Source of the DNA: Tubiluchus corallicola
Taxonomy: Eukaryota > Animalia > Priapulida
Assembly (NCBI GenBank): GCA_030141605.1
Contig: JAQGDQ010000265.1
Span: forward strand, 124,001 to 188,000
Direction of reading: 5' to 3'
Length of the DNA: 64,000 nt
Part shown: piece after piece, positions 27,062 through 39,413 of the stretch
Numbering within the stretch: position 1 is the stretch's first letter
Layout: every line of letters begins with the position of its first letter
Notes under the pieces: generated by a model
Database searches by the model: none
What the model was told of the DNA's origin: nothing
Seen by the model: the letters and a program-made list of their open reading frames with translations, nothing else
Made by a program: the position numbers and the translations under genes

Positions 27062-30000
27062 TTACTCAAGATCTTCAAATATATCAAAAAAACTGCTAGA
27101 TGACGGTGCAGTGCTATTATTTTCTGACGTCGATGGTCTACCCTGTTGCTGTGCTGAGTTATTACCCAATGTTACATCAAAGCCATATTCAGCTCCCTGT
27201 GCTCCCTCCTGTTCCGGTACTAGGCATTTCCGGCAAATGGGACACGTGCCATGCTAGCAAAGATAAAAAATGAATAGTTGCCTAGATTATTATTTTGGTG
27301 TTGATCTTTGTGTTGGTCTCCATTAAAAGCAATGTACGGCACATGAATACATTATTGCAAATTCGTTTTATCTAAGTAAGAATTTAACTTGTGATGTTGC
27401 GAATGCTCAGCAGCATAATACAGCAATTTAGCACAACTGAATTTGTTAAAATTACATGTGCTCGTGTATCTGAAAATACAGTAATTTAGACATGGAAACT
27501 ACCACTGCACATGATGAAAACAGTTTTTGTCGGTGTATTGTTTAATAAACAGCAGTATTTTCCACTAAACTGCACTCCAAAATAATAACTGTTTGTTTGC
27601 CAATTTAGTAATAAACTGACTTTGTATCCATGTAATTTCAAGTGGTTCAATACCATACAATCTTAAATGCTGCATAAATCTTAATGCACATCATCACTTT
27701 CAGTAGACTGTGTACATTATTGTTACATGTATTCATTCAACATGTGCAAATATTTTGCAAATTTTCATGTAATTTTGTTTAGCAGACACATTGTGAAAAA
27801 TTTCAGCATTCAAAACAATTTTTTCAACTGACACATTTAATACAATTATCAGTTGCGTGTTACAAAATCATTCTACGAATTTAAAAAATGTTTACAGTAA
27901 CCAGTAATTGCTGGCATCTATTTATTAATCTGATTTGAGTAAAAAAACTAGTAGCACTGTCTGCCATCCTGAGCAGAATGAACTATAAATAACAAATAAC
28001 AGCACAGAGAACAGGCCATCAAATGCATTTATTATTGCACATCTTGTTGCAAAATAGTATTTTAACTCCTTCAGGACCGCGCAATTCAAAATAGGTCTTG
28101 TACCTTTTCTACTACTGTATGAGCACAGATGTAACTAAATGATTACAAATTAGGTACTGTTCTATTCAGCTCTCCAATCATGCTATTTACTTAAACATTT
28201 ATAAGTAATTTAATCGAATAAAATTAAGAAAAACAGGACCTTTTCAGGCACTCAAACTTAGCCTACTGAGTAGCTTAGTCTGGTGTAAACTAGCGTGATC
28301 GTACAAACTATTTTATTGATCGCCTGTTTGCTACAGCCCAACCTGTGCAGTGTTCTACTTCTATTTCCAAGAAAATTAAGGTCGTTTCATTTTTTAACAT
28401 GAATTTTTCCTTAAAAATAGAGTAGACTTGAGGCCAAAGTGTATCAGAATATTGTGTCTTGATAGCTGAAATTTTTTGCACTAGCCGATTTCACACAAGT
28501 GAAACTGTACTTTGTTATGGTGCAAATACTGCAATTACTGAAAGCTTTTGAATTTTTTCGATAAAAATCGATTTTTAATTTGTGTAAGGTTAGCAAATGC
28601 ATTTCAAATATAATTTTTCATAAAAACCCATTTGGTGAGGAGTAGAAACCAACAATGATTTAATATAATGTAATTGTTGGTTAGCGAGAGTAGTTTTTCA
28701 TGAACCCATGAAAATGCAGCAAATGCTTACGATCCTGGAGTTAAACAAAAACTTGTGAAAAACAAGCTTTACATAAGTTGCATCAATCAATAAAACAGAT
28801 ATCTGCAAATCTGACAGCATGTGAATTCAGTTTATGAACCTGTCAAAAAAGATCACTCTGAATTCTGAATAAAATATGAATCAATTATAAAATGAATGTT
28901 CTTCACAGAGAATGTAGTAACTTACCAGTTTTAACCAGGGTACAATGCAGTCAGTGTGAAAATTATGAAAGCAAGGCATCTGTCGAACTTTTTCGTCTAG
29001 TTTAAAATCCTCCATACAAACTGAACATTGTAAAACTTTATCTATGGAATAAATATTAAAGTCAACGAGAAAATCAATTAATGGCTTAAAATGAGTGTAA
29101 CCGAAGTCACCGGCTAAGAAATGCCTGGCAGTTTCTTACTTAACAGACAGCCTCCACAAAAACGTCTTTTTTAAACTTTTCATTTGCAAAATTAAGGAAA
29201 CTAACATACCAACTTCTTCTTTCGTTATGGTAGTTGTCGGTAGGTTTTCTATAGCATCTTCTGGAGCAGGCGGTGGTCCTACACCATCCAACTGATTTAG
29301 CAACTGGCAGAAAGGAAATAAGAAAAATTTTAAGTAGAAGAAAAATTTACACTACTCTTGAAGCACTAAAACATGCTGCTGTTGCGACGTCTGTCATTTT
29401 GTATCACAAACTTTTTATTGTATTTTTCTATCAATTTTGACATACACTTTTTTATATTTTATGTCATCATCTTGAACTTCTTCCCATAATAAATTTGCTC
29501 CAGCTTCGTTTGTCTTAACATTTTACATTCACATATCAACTCAGTTCAAATTCCCTGGTTTAGGTACGTTTTTTACATTTAAACAAGAGATCTGCTGTAT
29601 ACTTTGAATTCATGCTGCTTATTTTACATGCAATCTTGAAAACTTGTTTTTTATGGGTAGTGTACAATTACTTATACAAACTAGTATTACCTTGTACCTG
29701 TGAATGTTTGTCTCATCTATAGGTGAGAAGCATATGTTCCATTGACAGGTATTTTCTGTTTATAATGCTAATCTAGTTTTTTTGATATTATTGCTTGTTT
29801 AATCTTTTGATGGTGACCTGTCTTTGCTTAATGTACTTGGATTTAATCATCTTTCGTTTTTCTAGTCACTTTGTTATAATTTAAAATGTTTTGATTTGAC
29901 TTTGCAGAGAACGAATTAATTGATTCAGCATACCTGTAGAATTTGTTAAATGTAAATTTACATTTTCGTTGGTTTGATTTATTCTTGTTCAGTTTTCAGA

Positions 30001-33000
30001 ATTTATTGTTGAAATATTAGGCCTCTTGATTGTCATTTATTTTTGTTTTTCCCTATATTTTCATACTATTACAGTGCCATTCACATTGCAAATCCGACTA
30101 TTTGAGACTATAAATTAACTTCTTTAACATAGGTAATAGCGTGATTTATAGGGCGAGCTTTCCTATTTTTCCTCTCCCACTTTGTTAAACTTCAATCAGT
30201 TTTTACAACCACAAGGCACTGGTTCAAATTTAATAGAAAACAAATTTTCATTAGACTTAATCATTATCATAATTGAAGCAACTCTCACAGCTACTAGCAA
30301 TGTAAAGCAGGAATATTTATGTCCCTGGCAGACTGCCAAAGAATTACATTGATCTCTCAAGCAAAACCAATTTGTGATTTACGTTGTACACAACCCGAGT
30401 GTAACTATATACACGAGAATTCTGCTTGTTTCCTGCAGCAGCAACCAGTGTCTAGATGTAATTAGGCTTAATTTTTACTTTAGTTTGAATGTTGCAACAT
30501 GTAAGTTTCGGCTAGCTAGTTTAGGGTTTCAAAGTCAATGAGTGTTTACCACTTATCAAAGGCTTAGAATTAGCATAGCTTGTAATAAAACATGCTCAAT
30601 AGCTGTGTTGCTGCTTGAAAGAGAAACACTCAATATAATATAAAATTTAGTCAGTTTCAGTAGACAAGTTTAAGGAAGAAATTAAGTAGTAAGAAATATG
30701 CACAAAACCTATAACATCTTTAATTTATATGACTTAAGCATTATTAATTTTTTTCTCCTGGAACATGCCTCGATTCTTTTACATTGTTTTCTATGGGAGA
30801 CACGGCATAATTTAATAGCACATTATTTTGAAATGCATTAGCGTTGTTAGGCGAGGACTTGTAGTTCAGTCTTTGTGTGGAGTTTAGAAACTAATTCTCT
30901 CACAGTTAAATTCTTCAACGTGTAGTTGTTTGTCTCAAGTGCTGCGTTTTCAAGAAGCAGTTAACGTTGCAGCTTATTGATACCAACTAATTACTTATAC
31001 ACAACAATGCTACACTAAAAATAGTGCAAAAATGTGTTATCTTTTAAACCAGTTCTGTCACATCCAAATGAAATGTTTTTGTAGCATATTTATGGTTTGT
31101 TAGTAAAACTCTTTTTGCTCATTTTTCACCAGATGTCTGCCTGCAATTCCGATGTTGTCAAGAATTTTAGAAGATTATTACTGATCGGCTTTACCTACTC
31201 TCATTATCCAAAAGTGCAGTCCAAATTTTTGACTATTGTAGTATAAGTATGGAATAATATTAACAGTCATGTTTACTTACTCTAGTTATAATGCTATCAA
31301 GTGAGCCTTGGCCCCACACGTAGTCTCGTGCATCACCATGTAAATTAAAAAACCTAAAAAATAAACAAATAGCAGTGAATACAAATTTACTGCATTTAGG
31401 TAGCAACCTGAGGCAATAGAAACAGTTAGGCATCACTTCCAATACGACTAATAGTGGAATTTAAATACAATAAGAACCGTTGACCAATAACGTTCTATAA
31501 ATAAAAGAAACAGTTTCCGACGAAGAGAAGAACAGAAATTATGCTTTTACAGATAAAAATAAAAAGCGGTGTGACTAAACAGAAAACACCCGAGAAAAGT
31601 ACTTTTGATTCACGATTAATAAATGTGCATTACAGTAAGTGCTCGCTTAACAACGTTAGGTGATTTAAAGCGAAACAGCTAAATGCAAAACATTGCGTGA
31701 AACATTGTTAAACAAAGCTAAAACTTACATAGAAAGTAATGTGAAAGAATTGAGATACATTCCAGAGACAAAAATCAATGATGCTTCAATCATATAAAGT
31801 AAATGTTTTATGAGTTTTACTTATGTTTCCACAGATTAATTTCTTTCTGCTTGCTTGAAACCACCTGTGTATCTTATTTACCAATATCTTTCGTTAATGT
31901 TTAAGTTTAGGCAGCCACTAAACAAGCCCTGGGACTACCGCGGAACTTTTACCTTACTCTGGTTGCTATAGCAACAGGTTGCAGGCAAAATTTCTTCCCA
32001 TAAACTTTGCTCCCAGGTCTCCCTTGATAGAAACAGCTACTCAGTTAGCATTTAGTAGTTCAGTCGGACAGCAAAAACATTTTTAATAATTGCACTGTTA
32101 ACGTTACGAGTGCGATTGTAGAACACTGCAATATGTACTGTTTTAATGCTTCAAATTAGGTAAAATAGTTGTTAATAAAATAAAAATTGGCTTTAAGCAA
32201 AGTAAGAAAATGTCCGTTAAAATGAAACGTGTGCTGTTAAATGGAAAAAAGGTATCAAATGTTCAGTGTCGTCAAATTAAAACATCACTAAATGGAGAGT
32301 TATTAAGCGAGGACTTACTGTATTCAAATTTAAGGAAGAGTTGTCCAGTGTACTAACAACCAAGCATTACGCAATAGAAAAATTCCTAGATAGCTTTGAT
32401 AACAATTTTTTTCATTCCTAATGTGGGAAAAGTTTGCATTTACTTACACAGGGACACCACCTCCGGAAGTAAATACGGCGCCACCTGCTATTCCCCCAAG
32501 TACATTCTGTAGCAACCTGTAACGAAAAATAACCATTTAACAACAAGCAATATTTGTTTAATGGAGCATCCAGCATTTCAGGTGTTTCTGAATTTAACTA
32601 GCGTGATGTAAATACAGAAATGGACGATGTCCTGAAGTGTAAAATCATCTGGACAAGTTAAAACCTTTAGCCTTGCCGGGACATTCTCTTAGAAGAGGCA
32701 CTTCTGCTTCTAAGACGTATAAGGAGGAAGTAGTTCAACCACGTCCGTTTTTATACAACATGGTACATTGCAAACCTAAACCTCTCCTTCAATGGCAGGA
32801 CATACTCAGTTGATTCAGAAATGAATGTTCGTGGTGAAATTGGAACTCGACTACCAAGATAAGCTAGTGAACCATCACAGGTGACTTAGCTACGTTTGGA
32901 GAGGAATACATCGTCAAATAGCAGAATCAGCACAGCGTATCATGAAACTGTCCAGAGTGAGTACCACAGAAGTTCACCCATCCCTTAACTGACCAGCCCC

Positions 33001-36000
33001 AGGCGCTATTCTTAACTATGGTCACCAAGTACAGTGCCATGCCACTCGGCTAAATCGCCTCATATCTTTTACTCTATTGTTACTTCAAATGTACAAGGGT
33101 TAATGCCAGGGCAAGCCTGTTAAAAGCTAATTTCATCCCGTCCCATTACACTGAAACTGAAGATCCCGCGAGGTTACAAATCAAAATTTTATTATCAAAA
33201 TCAAACAAGTAACAACAGACTGCGACACACTCATACACTAAATTCTCTAAAACTTGCGTTTCAAGTGGAGTAATGGCTTCTAGTGGTTGATCCGGTCGTA
33301 CAGGTCTGCGTGTGCGTGGAGGTCGGTAGGCTTGATCACGACGGGTTCGCGATCGTGTGTTGCGAGAAGGGCCGCCATCAGAAGCTGTGTTGGTGTCGTT
33401 TTCTAAGTTTGCTATATTACCTCCTAGTAAATGGCTAAATATCTGTAAACATATCAAAGACGAAAACTTAACACAGAGTTACCAGTATTAAACAAAGTAC
33501 TGCGTTTACAACATTTCATGCACAAATTTTTGGATGACAAACAATAAATGTGTGCTTGCATACCAAAACCGTCCATAAGTCGGCATAGTTAAAACTGCGT
33601 TACGATGATTCAAAGTAGAATAACCCAAAAATTTGGTCAAATGTCATTTTTCGTATTTTGTAAAAACCAATGCTAAATATATTGGACTTTTATATTGTAG
33701 CATCAAATTATCGAAAAAGTGTTCGAAAAACACTGAAAACTTAATTTTATAACTCCTTACCCACTTTTCTGTCTATTACTAGTAATGCAATTGTAAAAAA
33801 CACCTATTTTCAAACTCCGTTTGTAGCTCATGGAAGCAGTTATTTTGCTTCCGATTTTTCTGTTGCCAAGCCCAGATCTTCGCCAGGAAGAGCCATCTAC
33901 TGGATCTAAATAACTTCAATATGCTTTTGCAAAGCCCGTAGCAACCAAAGTTTGCATGGTTGCTAAGTGTTTTGTACAGACGCGACAAAAAACAATGGCT
34001 GACTTTAACAGTGTTTTTCTCAAGATTACGTTTTTCAGTGCGTAGGTTGCACCTCTACTTTAACGTGGATGATCTCAGCTTAGTAATAACACAGAGTGAT
34101 GAACTTGGTATCAAAATGTTCCTCATGAAATGGAGATTCAAGATATGTGAATAAATAGAAAACTTAAATGCCGACCTATGGACATTTTGCTATTACTTAA
34201 AAAACGATTCTATTACTGATTAATTCTGCTAGAAAATGATTATTTCTACAATTTCTACTAAGTACTGGTAAACTGTACATTAATGACGTGGATTAACTTT
34301 TTTCTTCATAATTTATTATAAATAAAACATGCAAAGTATTAAGCTTAAAGTGATTAAAGCGCTTTCACACACAATTAATCTACAAGAACATGAACAAATA
34401 AGCTACAAACAGAGTACAACTAAAGTGTAAATGCAGACTGTTACCTCAAAAGGATGTTCTACATCAAGGAAATCCACATCCCTGAAACAATGATGTTATT
34501 ATAAAAATGAAACCTAAATTTAGACCAGACAGTACAGTCTAATGCAGTGGCTCCCAAAGTGGGTGGTGGAGGGATCTGGGGGGGGGGGCAATAATATTTA
34601 CTGAACGTGGGGATCTACGACTTCCTCCTTGTGAAGTTCCAGCCTCATATTGAGAAGCTGATATCCATGCGCCAAGCACATCCACCCCATTAACAACAAC
34701 TGTGAAGACAATGAACTATATTACTATGGTTATTGGTGAGATGTTGAATCACCCTTTCATGCTGCTGACACAGCTAAAGCTGCTAAATAAATTGGTTTAC
34801 TAAATTAAATTTTATTAGTGAAATACATCTTTGTGTTTAATTTGTTGTCTTTAATTTGAAGCATACCAAAGTAAAAAGGGGTGTGTTCGCATCTGTGTAT
34901 GAGGGGCGTTAGGAATCCACCTGGAATCCAAAGGGGCGGCGCCAGCCTAGAAAAGTTTGGGAACCGCTTGTCTAATGAATAACGAGTCTGCTTTCCATCT
35001 AGGAGGTTGTAGGCGCGATATTGTGACTGGGACTAAAAATGGTACTTGCTATTGCCTAGTGCATGATATTCCTGAATGGCAAAAGTGCATATTAATAATC
35101 TCTGTTATGTTATATAGATGAAGTTTATTTACAGCTAACAATACATTCTCATGGCTTGTGTTGTCCGTTAAATATTAAGTCAACTTTAAATAAAAGTTTA
35201 TATTTAATATTCTGTTATTATAGTAGTGAAATAAGGCAACCCCCTGACTAAATCACACTGTAAGGCAATTCTGGTGAAGAGCACGAAATGTTTCAGAATG
35301 CTGGCCTTCAGAATGAATCAGAACTACTATCCAAAATGATAATTTATTAGCAGTGCGTAAAATTTAACCAGCACTTTTAGCAGTCTGTTATGCATCTAAT
35401 ACAGTAATTAAAATTATAATAAATTGTGCATTAATTTAACAGAAATTGAAACTATATATATAGACAGGACAAAAGGTGAAAAAAGTTTAATTTTAAAATA
35501 TCAATTTTTATGGTATACTCACTACACTCTACATCGTTTATCCCATAATTTTCAGTCCATAAAATCCTAACTTGGATAAAAAGCAAATAGTCACACTAAA
35601 AGTCAACTATTAAATTTGATACTCTTTGCTGAAAATTACAGGTACCATTCAGTTATAAAAACACCATAAGCATGTATTTCTCTGCCACCTGCAATTTAGT
35701 CACAAACTCATTAGCATGGCAGATAATTTGTAACGTATGCTCTGTTAAGCGAAACCTTGTTTGTGTCACTATAAAAATTACGGCTGACTGGTCACTTGCA
35801 CTTGATACTATTCTGAAAGAGCTAGGATACACGATCATGTAGTCTGGACAGCCAAAATTACTGACAAGTACTAAAGCAAATTGAAAAAACTACATTGCCT
35901 TCTGCCGCAAACTGATTGGCATTGTGTGATGCAATGATGAACATTTCATGCTGTCTGTTGGTCAAGATAAAGGTAACAAGGACTTAGTCAACTTACCTAT

Positions 36001-39000
36001 GTGGATTTTGGATAACTGCTATTAGCTGTGTGAAACTAGCATTTGTGTACTGAACTATTCATTATATTCAAGGATAAATAAGTAATACCTCAGAAATGCT
36101 AATAGGTTTTACTGCAACCAGCAAAGCAACAATCAGCTATTGAATTGCAACGTTTTGCCTTTCAATTACTAAAGCTGAAAACTACACAGGTTGAAGTGAA
36201 TAAAGTTGATTAGGAGTCCAGTTCTTGAAACCTCTTATCAATAGGTGAATAATTTAGTAGTTACATTCAAACGAATGTTTTGGTAACCACCTAGTTTTAA
36301 GCTAATTTTATTTGAATACCCAAGTATTCGGAATGCTCAGTATATCTTAGTCAATTAGGCGCTCCTAGATGCAGGACAATTTCTAAACTTAGTATTCCTT
36401 TGGACATTCATTCCCAAAGAAATTATAAATTCCGTCAACTTGTAACCTCTAGGCAAGAAGAACATTAATTGTATGTCTATTATTAGAGTTCTATCTTTCT
36501 AGACATGTATTTATGTTCTCATTTTTTTTAACTAGACAACAGTTAAGCAAGTACATTAAGTTCAACAAGAAAAACAATCTTTTCCAGATAAAAAAATACT
36601 CACGCTTCAGATGGTGGTTCTTCTAGTTTCTCTACAAAGCCACCCTGACAATGTGGACATATATATTCCTGAAACAACATCAAAACAGACACTTATTATA
36701 TATGCATTGTGTTTTACTAATTAATATTCATCCTGCCTCTTGAACAGATGTGCTTTGAAGTTCTTAACGTCCACAGGAAATGCCTGACTAAATTTTCCTG
36801 GGAAACAGTCTAAACAAGTTTCTGAAAAACATTAAGGTATTTTTAGAGCATTTGTTCCCTCATTGCAACTGTACTTTTGCAATATAGTTACTAGCACAGA
36901 AAACAAATTTTGTTTAAGAAAATCTGGATTAAATTTCAATTTGTGAAACAATGATCTACAGTTGACAGAATTTTGCAACTATTCAGCTTTAGGTACAGAA
37001 TTTGATTATAGATTATTATGCATTCTAGTTTCAAAAAAATTCAGCACCTCAACTGCATACGTCATTTATTAAAACATTTGAAACAGCATGAAATCAGCAC
37101 TGTTTAGCTGTGATTTCTATGTGTTTTCTAGTATTATTAGTGTTTTCTAGGAATGCACCGGATCCCGCTTTGCCGGATCCTGATTTGCATGTGCTAGATC
37201 TGGTTCCAGATTTACAAGTTAATGTAAACTATATTTCATTTGTTTAGGCTTTTGTTCACATGGTTGTATTCCCTGCATATTTTCAGGGTCACTGAGTACT
37301 TTTAAGTGGAAACACTGCAAACGTTGACATACTATAATTCTGAACACGTGATCCATCCTTGGTTTGAAGTAAAAAAACTGATAAACTATGCTTTTACTGG
37401 ATGTAGGTGGCTCTAGATTTTTAGCCGACATTTTTCTAGCAATAGTACTATCCTTGTACACTCCTTGCTGCACGGAATCACGACAAGATGATTACTGGTA
37501 TCACTTGCGCTACAAGCATGGTGGCATAAAAAACTTAGTGATACTTTCATAAATTTCTGAAGATTTTAATAGAAATCCTTCAAATTCTTTAAAAAAATCA
37601 AGACTATTCAGGCCATTTAAACTGTTTTGCATATTATTTTCTTACCCGCTCTAATTTTTTCGCATCGCTGTGCAATCATTAGTTACGCATACAAACACAA
37701 ACAGTGCAAAATCCAACGAAACATTTTTTTGCCGGATCTGGATTCATTAAACTTAAAGGATCTTGGGATCTGTAAGCGGATACGTACACTTCTAGTGTTT
37801 TTACTACAGAACAAAATCTAGTAATATACATGATCATTGTGAGGTCGCTTTTTATTAAGGATTCGAAAATCTTTACAACTCATTTCGATTCAGATTCAAA
37901 ATCTTGACATTTGGTTTGATTTGAGTTCAAAAGTCACAAATTCGATTTGATTCGAATTCGCTTTCTGGTAGGCAATGCTCACCCTACTATACAAAAAACT
38001 GTGCAAGGATTGCATAAGTTGATTAAATACTGTATTGGTTGTCTTACTTCTCTATTTGTTTTTAACAGGATTGTATTTATAGGCCTATTAAATGTGTGCT
38101 TGCATAGCAAAATGGTCCATAAATCGGCAATTAAGCTTTTCTAGTTAATCACATATTCTGAATTTCTATTTCATGAGGATCATTTTGATACCAAGCTCAT
38201 CACTCTATGTTATTTCTAATTTACGTTGTTGAGTTGCATGCTATGCACTGAAAAACATAACCTTGAGAAAATCGCTATTAAAGTTACCCATTGTTTTTGT
38301 CGCGTTTCTACAATACACTTAGCAACCGCACAAGTTGGTTGCTACAGACTTTGCAAGAACACATTGATGTTATGTTTAAATCCAGTAGATGGCTCTTTCT
38401 GATGAAGATCTGGGCTTGGCAACAGAAAAAACCCGAAGCAAAATGATTGTTTCCATGAGCTACTACCGGAGTTTGAAGATACAAGTTTTTCTCAATTGTA
38501 GTACTAGTTTTCTAGACAGAAAAGTGAGTACGGGATTATAAAATTAGATTTTTAGTATTTTTTAAACATTTTCTTGAGAATATTAAATTCCAATATATTT
38601 AACATTGACCAAATTTTTGGTACATTCTACTTTGAAGCATCATAACGTAGTTTTAACTATGCTGACTTATGGACAATTTTGGTTTGCAAGCACACACATA
38701 TATATAAAATATACAGTTTCAAAAATAGATTTGATGAGCTACCAACCGATATGCTACACGCCACACCTGGTGCCTTTGCCCATTATAACACACATGATTA
38801 GGTGCTGTCACTGTTTCCGCCACACAGTGTTTTCTAGTAATTTTGTGTTTTGCTGATACGGTTATTGCGTTTTCGGAGTGAATTAAAGATCAGCCTAAAA
38901 TCCCATGGACTAGCACCACGGCTGTGGAGATGGTAAATACGTGTGTACAAAATAAACTATTGAAGAAATTGGATTAAATACCTTACTCCAAAACAAGTTT

Positions 39001-39413
39001 TGGTATAAATGTGTAATACGGTAAGCAACTGATTCGGCACTAAATATAAAAAGTAAAATTACTTTTACTTACTTATTAAACTTAATAATTATAAAATCAC
39101 ACGACTTAACGAGTAGCCTATCAATATTATTTTTATAATTTAGTTCAGTGATAATGTAAGAATCCAAAATTCTAAATTACAAAATATACATACACACAGA
39201 CTAATACTACGTCACTAAAACCTACTGAACTGCTAAGGATAGCAACACTACTTTACTACTAAAGCATGACTGTGATCTACCAATTTATTTAGTAAGAAAT
39301 AACAATAACGTATTCACTAGTTTTACCTGTAACTGTGTGCTTATATGTACATTCCTATTACATTCATGACAAAAAAACAACTGTGAATTATTTTCAACAA
39401 CTGCTTCTGCCAT
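27062..39413 (-). CDS. RNF126: E3 ubiquitin ligase of the RNF115 (BCA2/Rabring7) / RNF126 family; N-terminal C2/C2 zinc finger and C-terminal RING-H2; ~305 aa, 9 exons
   Basis: Minus-strand exons: 39413-39327 ([29 protein letters not shown]), 36668-36604 ([17 protein letters not shown]), 34481-34445, 33442-33258 (GC donor; alternative GT donor ending the exon at 33237), 32516-32448, 31353-31281 ([21 protein letters not shown]), 29303-29210 ([22 protein letters not shown]), 29041-28926 ([34 protein letters not shown]), 27253-27062 (HGTCPICRK...DLE*). All phases are consistent; total 918 nt. RNF115 versus RNF126 cannot be resolved; likely a single pro-orthologue. Confidence 0.92.
28066..28740. 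mobile_element. piggyBac-like MITE (TTAA target site)
   Basis: TTAA|CTCCTTCAGGACCG ... CGATCCTGGAG|TTAA; imperfect TIRs flanked by TTAA on both sides. Confidence 0.5.
30745..30862 (-). mobile_element. Partial inverted copy (one end) of the pogo/Tigger-like family at 31633 and 46048
   Basis: Reverse complement reads caagtcctcgcctaacaacgctaatgcatttc...ccatagaaaacaatgtaaaagaatcgagg..gttccaggagaaaaaaat, matching the left end of the other two copies. Confidence 0.6.
31633..32320 (+). mobile_element. pogo/Tigger-like non-autonomous DNA transposon (family A)
   Basis: TA|CAGTAAGTGCTCGCTTAA ... TTAAGCGAGGACTTACTG|TA; internal blocks shared with 46048-46640 (gcaacaggttgcaggcaaaatt, ttttaatgcttcaaa, tcaaatgtt.agtgtc). 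Confidence 0.85.
32940..33061 (-). mobile_element. SINE-like remnant with a pol III A box and a 5S-rRNA-like segment
   Basis: Minus strand: TAGCCGAGTGG (A-box-like), then agttaagaatagcgcctggggctggtcagttaagggatgggtga, resembling the 5S internal control region (gctaagcagggtcgggcctggttagtacttggatggga). Confidence 0.5.
33549..34192 (+). mobile_element. MITE family B, copy 1 (long TIRs; right end truncated)
   Basis: TGTGTGCTTGCATACCAAAACCGTCCATAAGTCGGCAT ... ATGCCGACCTATGGACATTTTGCTA; homologous in inverted orientation to 38093-38697. Confidence 0.8.
34545..34969 (+). mobile_element. Non-autonomous hAT (Buster/Charlie-type) element retaining the transposase C-terminal tail
   Basis: Perfect 8-bp TSD GTCTAATG (34537-34544, 34970-34977); TIR CAGTGGCTCCCAAA / TTTGGGAACCGCTT; internal remnant TERGDLRL(fs)[22 protein letters not shown] at ~34600-34693. 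Confidence 0.88.
37148..37794. mobile_element. Non-autonomous hAT-like element with GGATC subterminal repeats
   Basis: TAGGAATGCACCGGATCC ... CGGATACGTACACTTCTA; 8-bp TSD gtgttttc/gtgttttt. Confidence 0.7.
37860..37986 (-). mobile_element. Partial inverted copy of the 13140-13500 hAT-like element
   Basis: aaagtcacaaattcgatttgattcgaattc.ctttc...aatgctcacc is the reverse complement of the 13140 left end. Confidence 0.7.
38093..38697 (-). mobile_element. MITE family B, copy 2 (both TIRs intact)
   Basis: TGTGTGCTTGCATAGCAAAATGGTCCATAAATCGGCA ... TGCTGACTTATGGACAATTTTGGTTTGCAAGCACACA; inverted homologue of 33549-34192. Confidence 0.8.
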
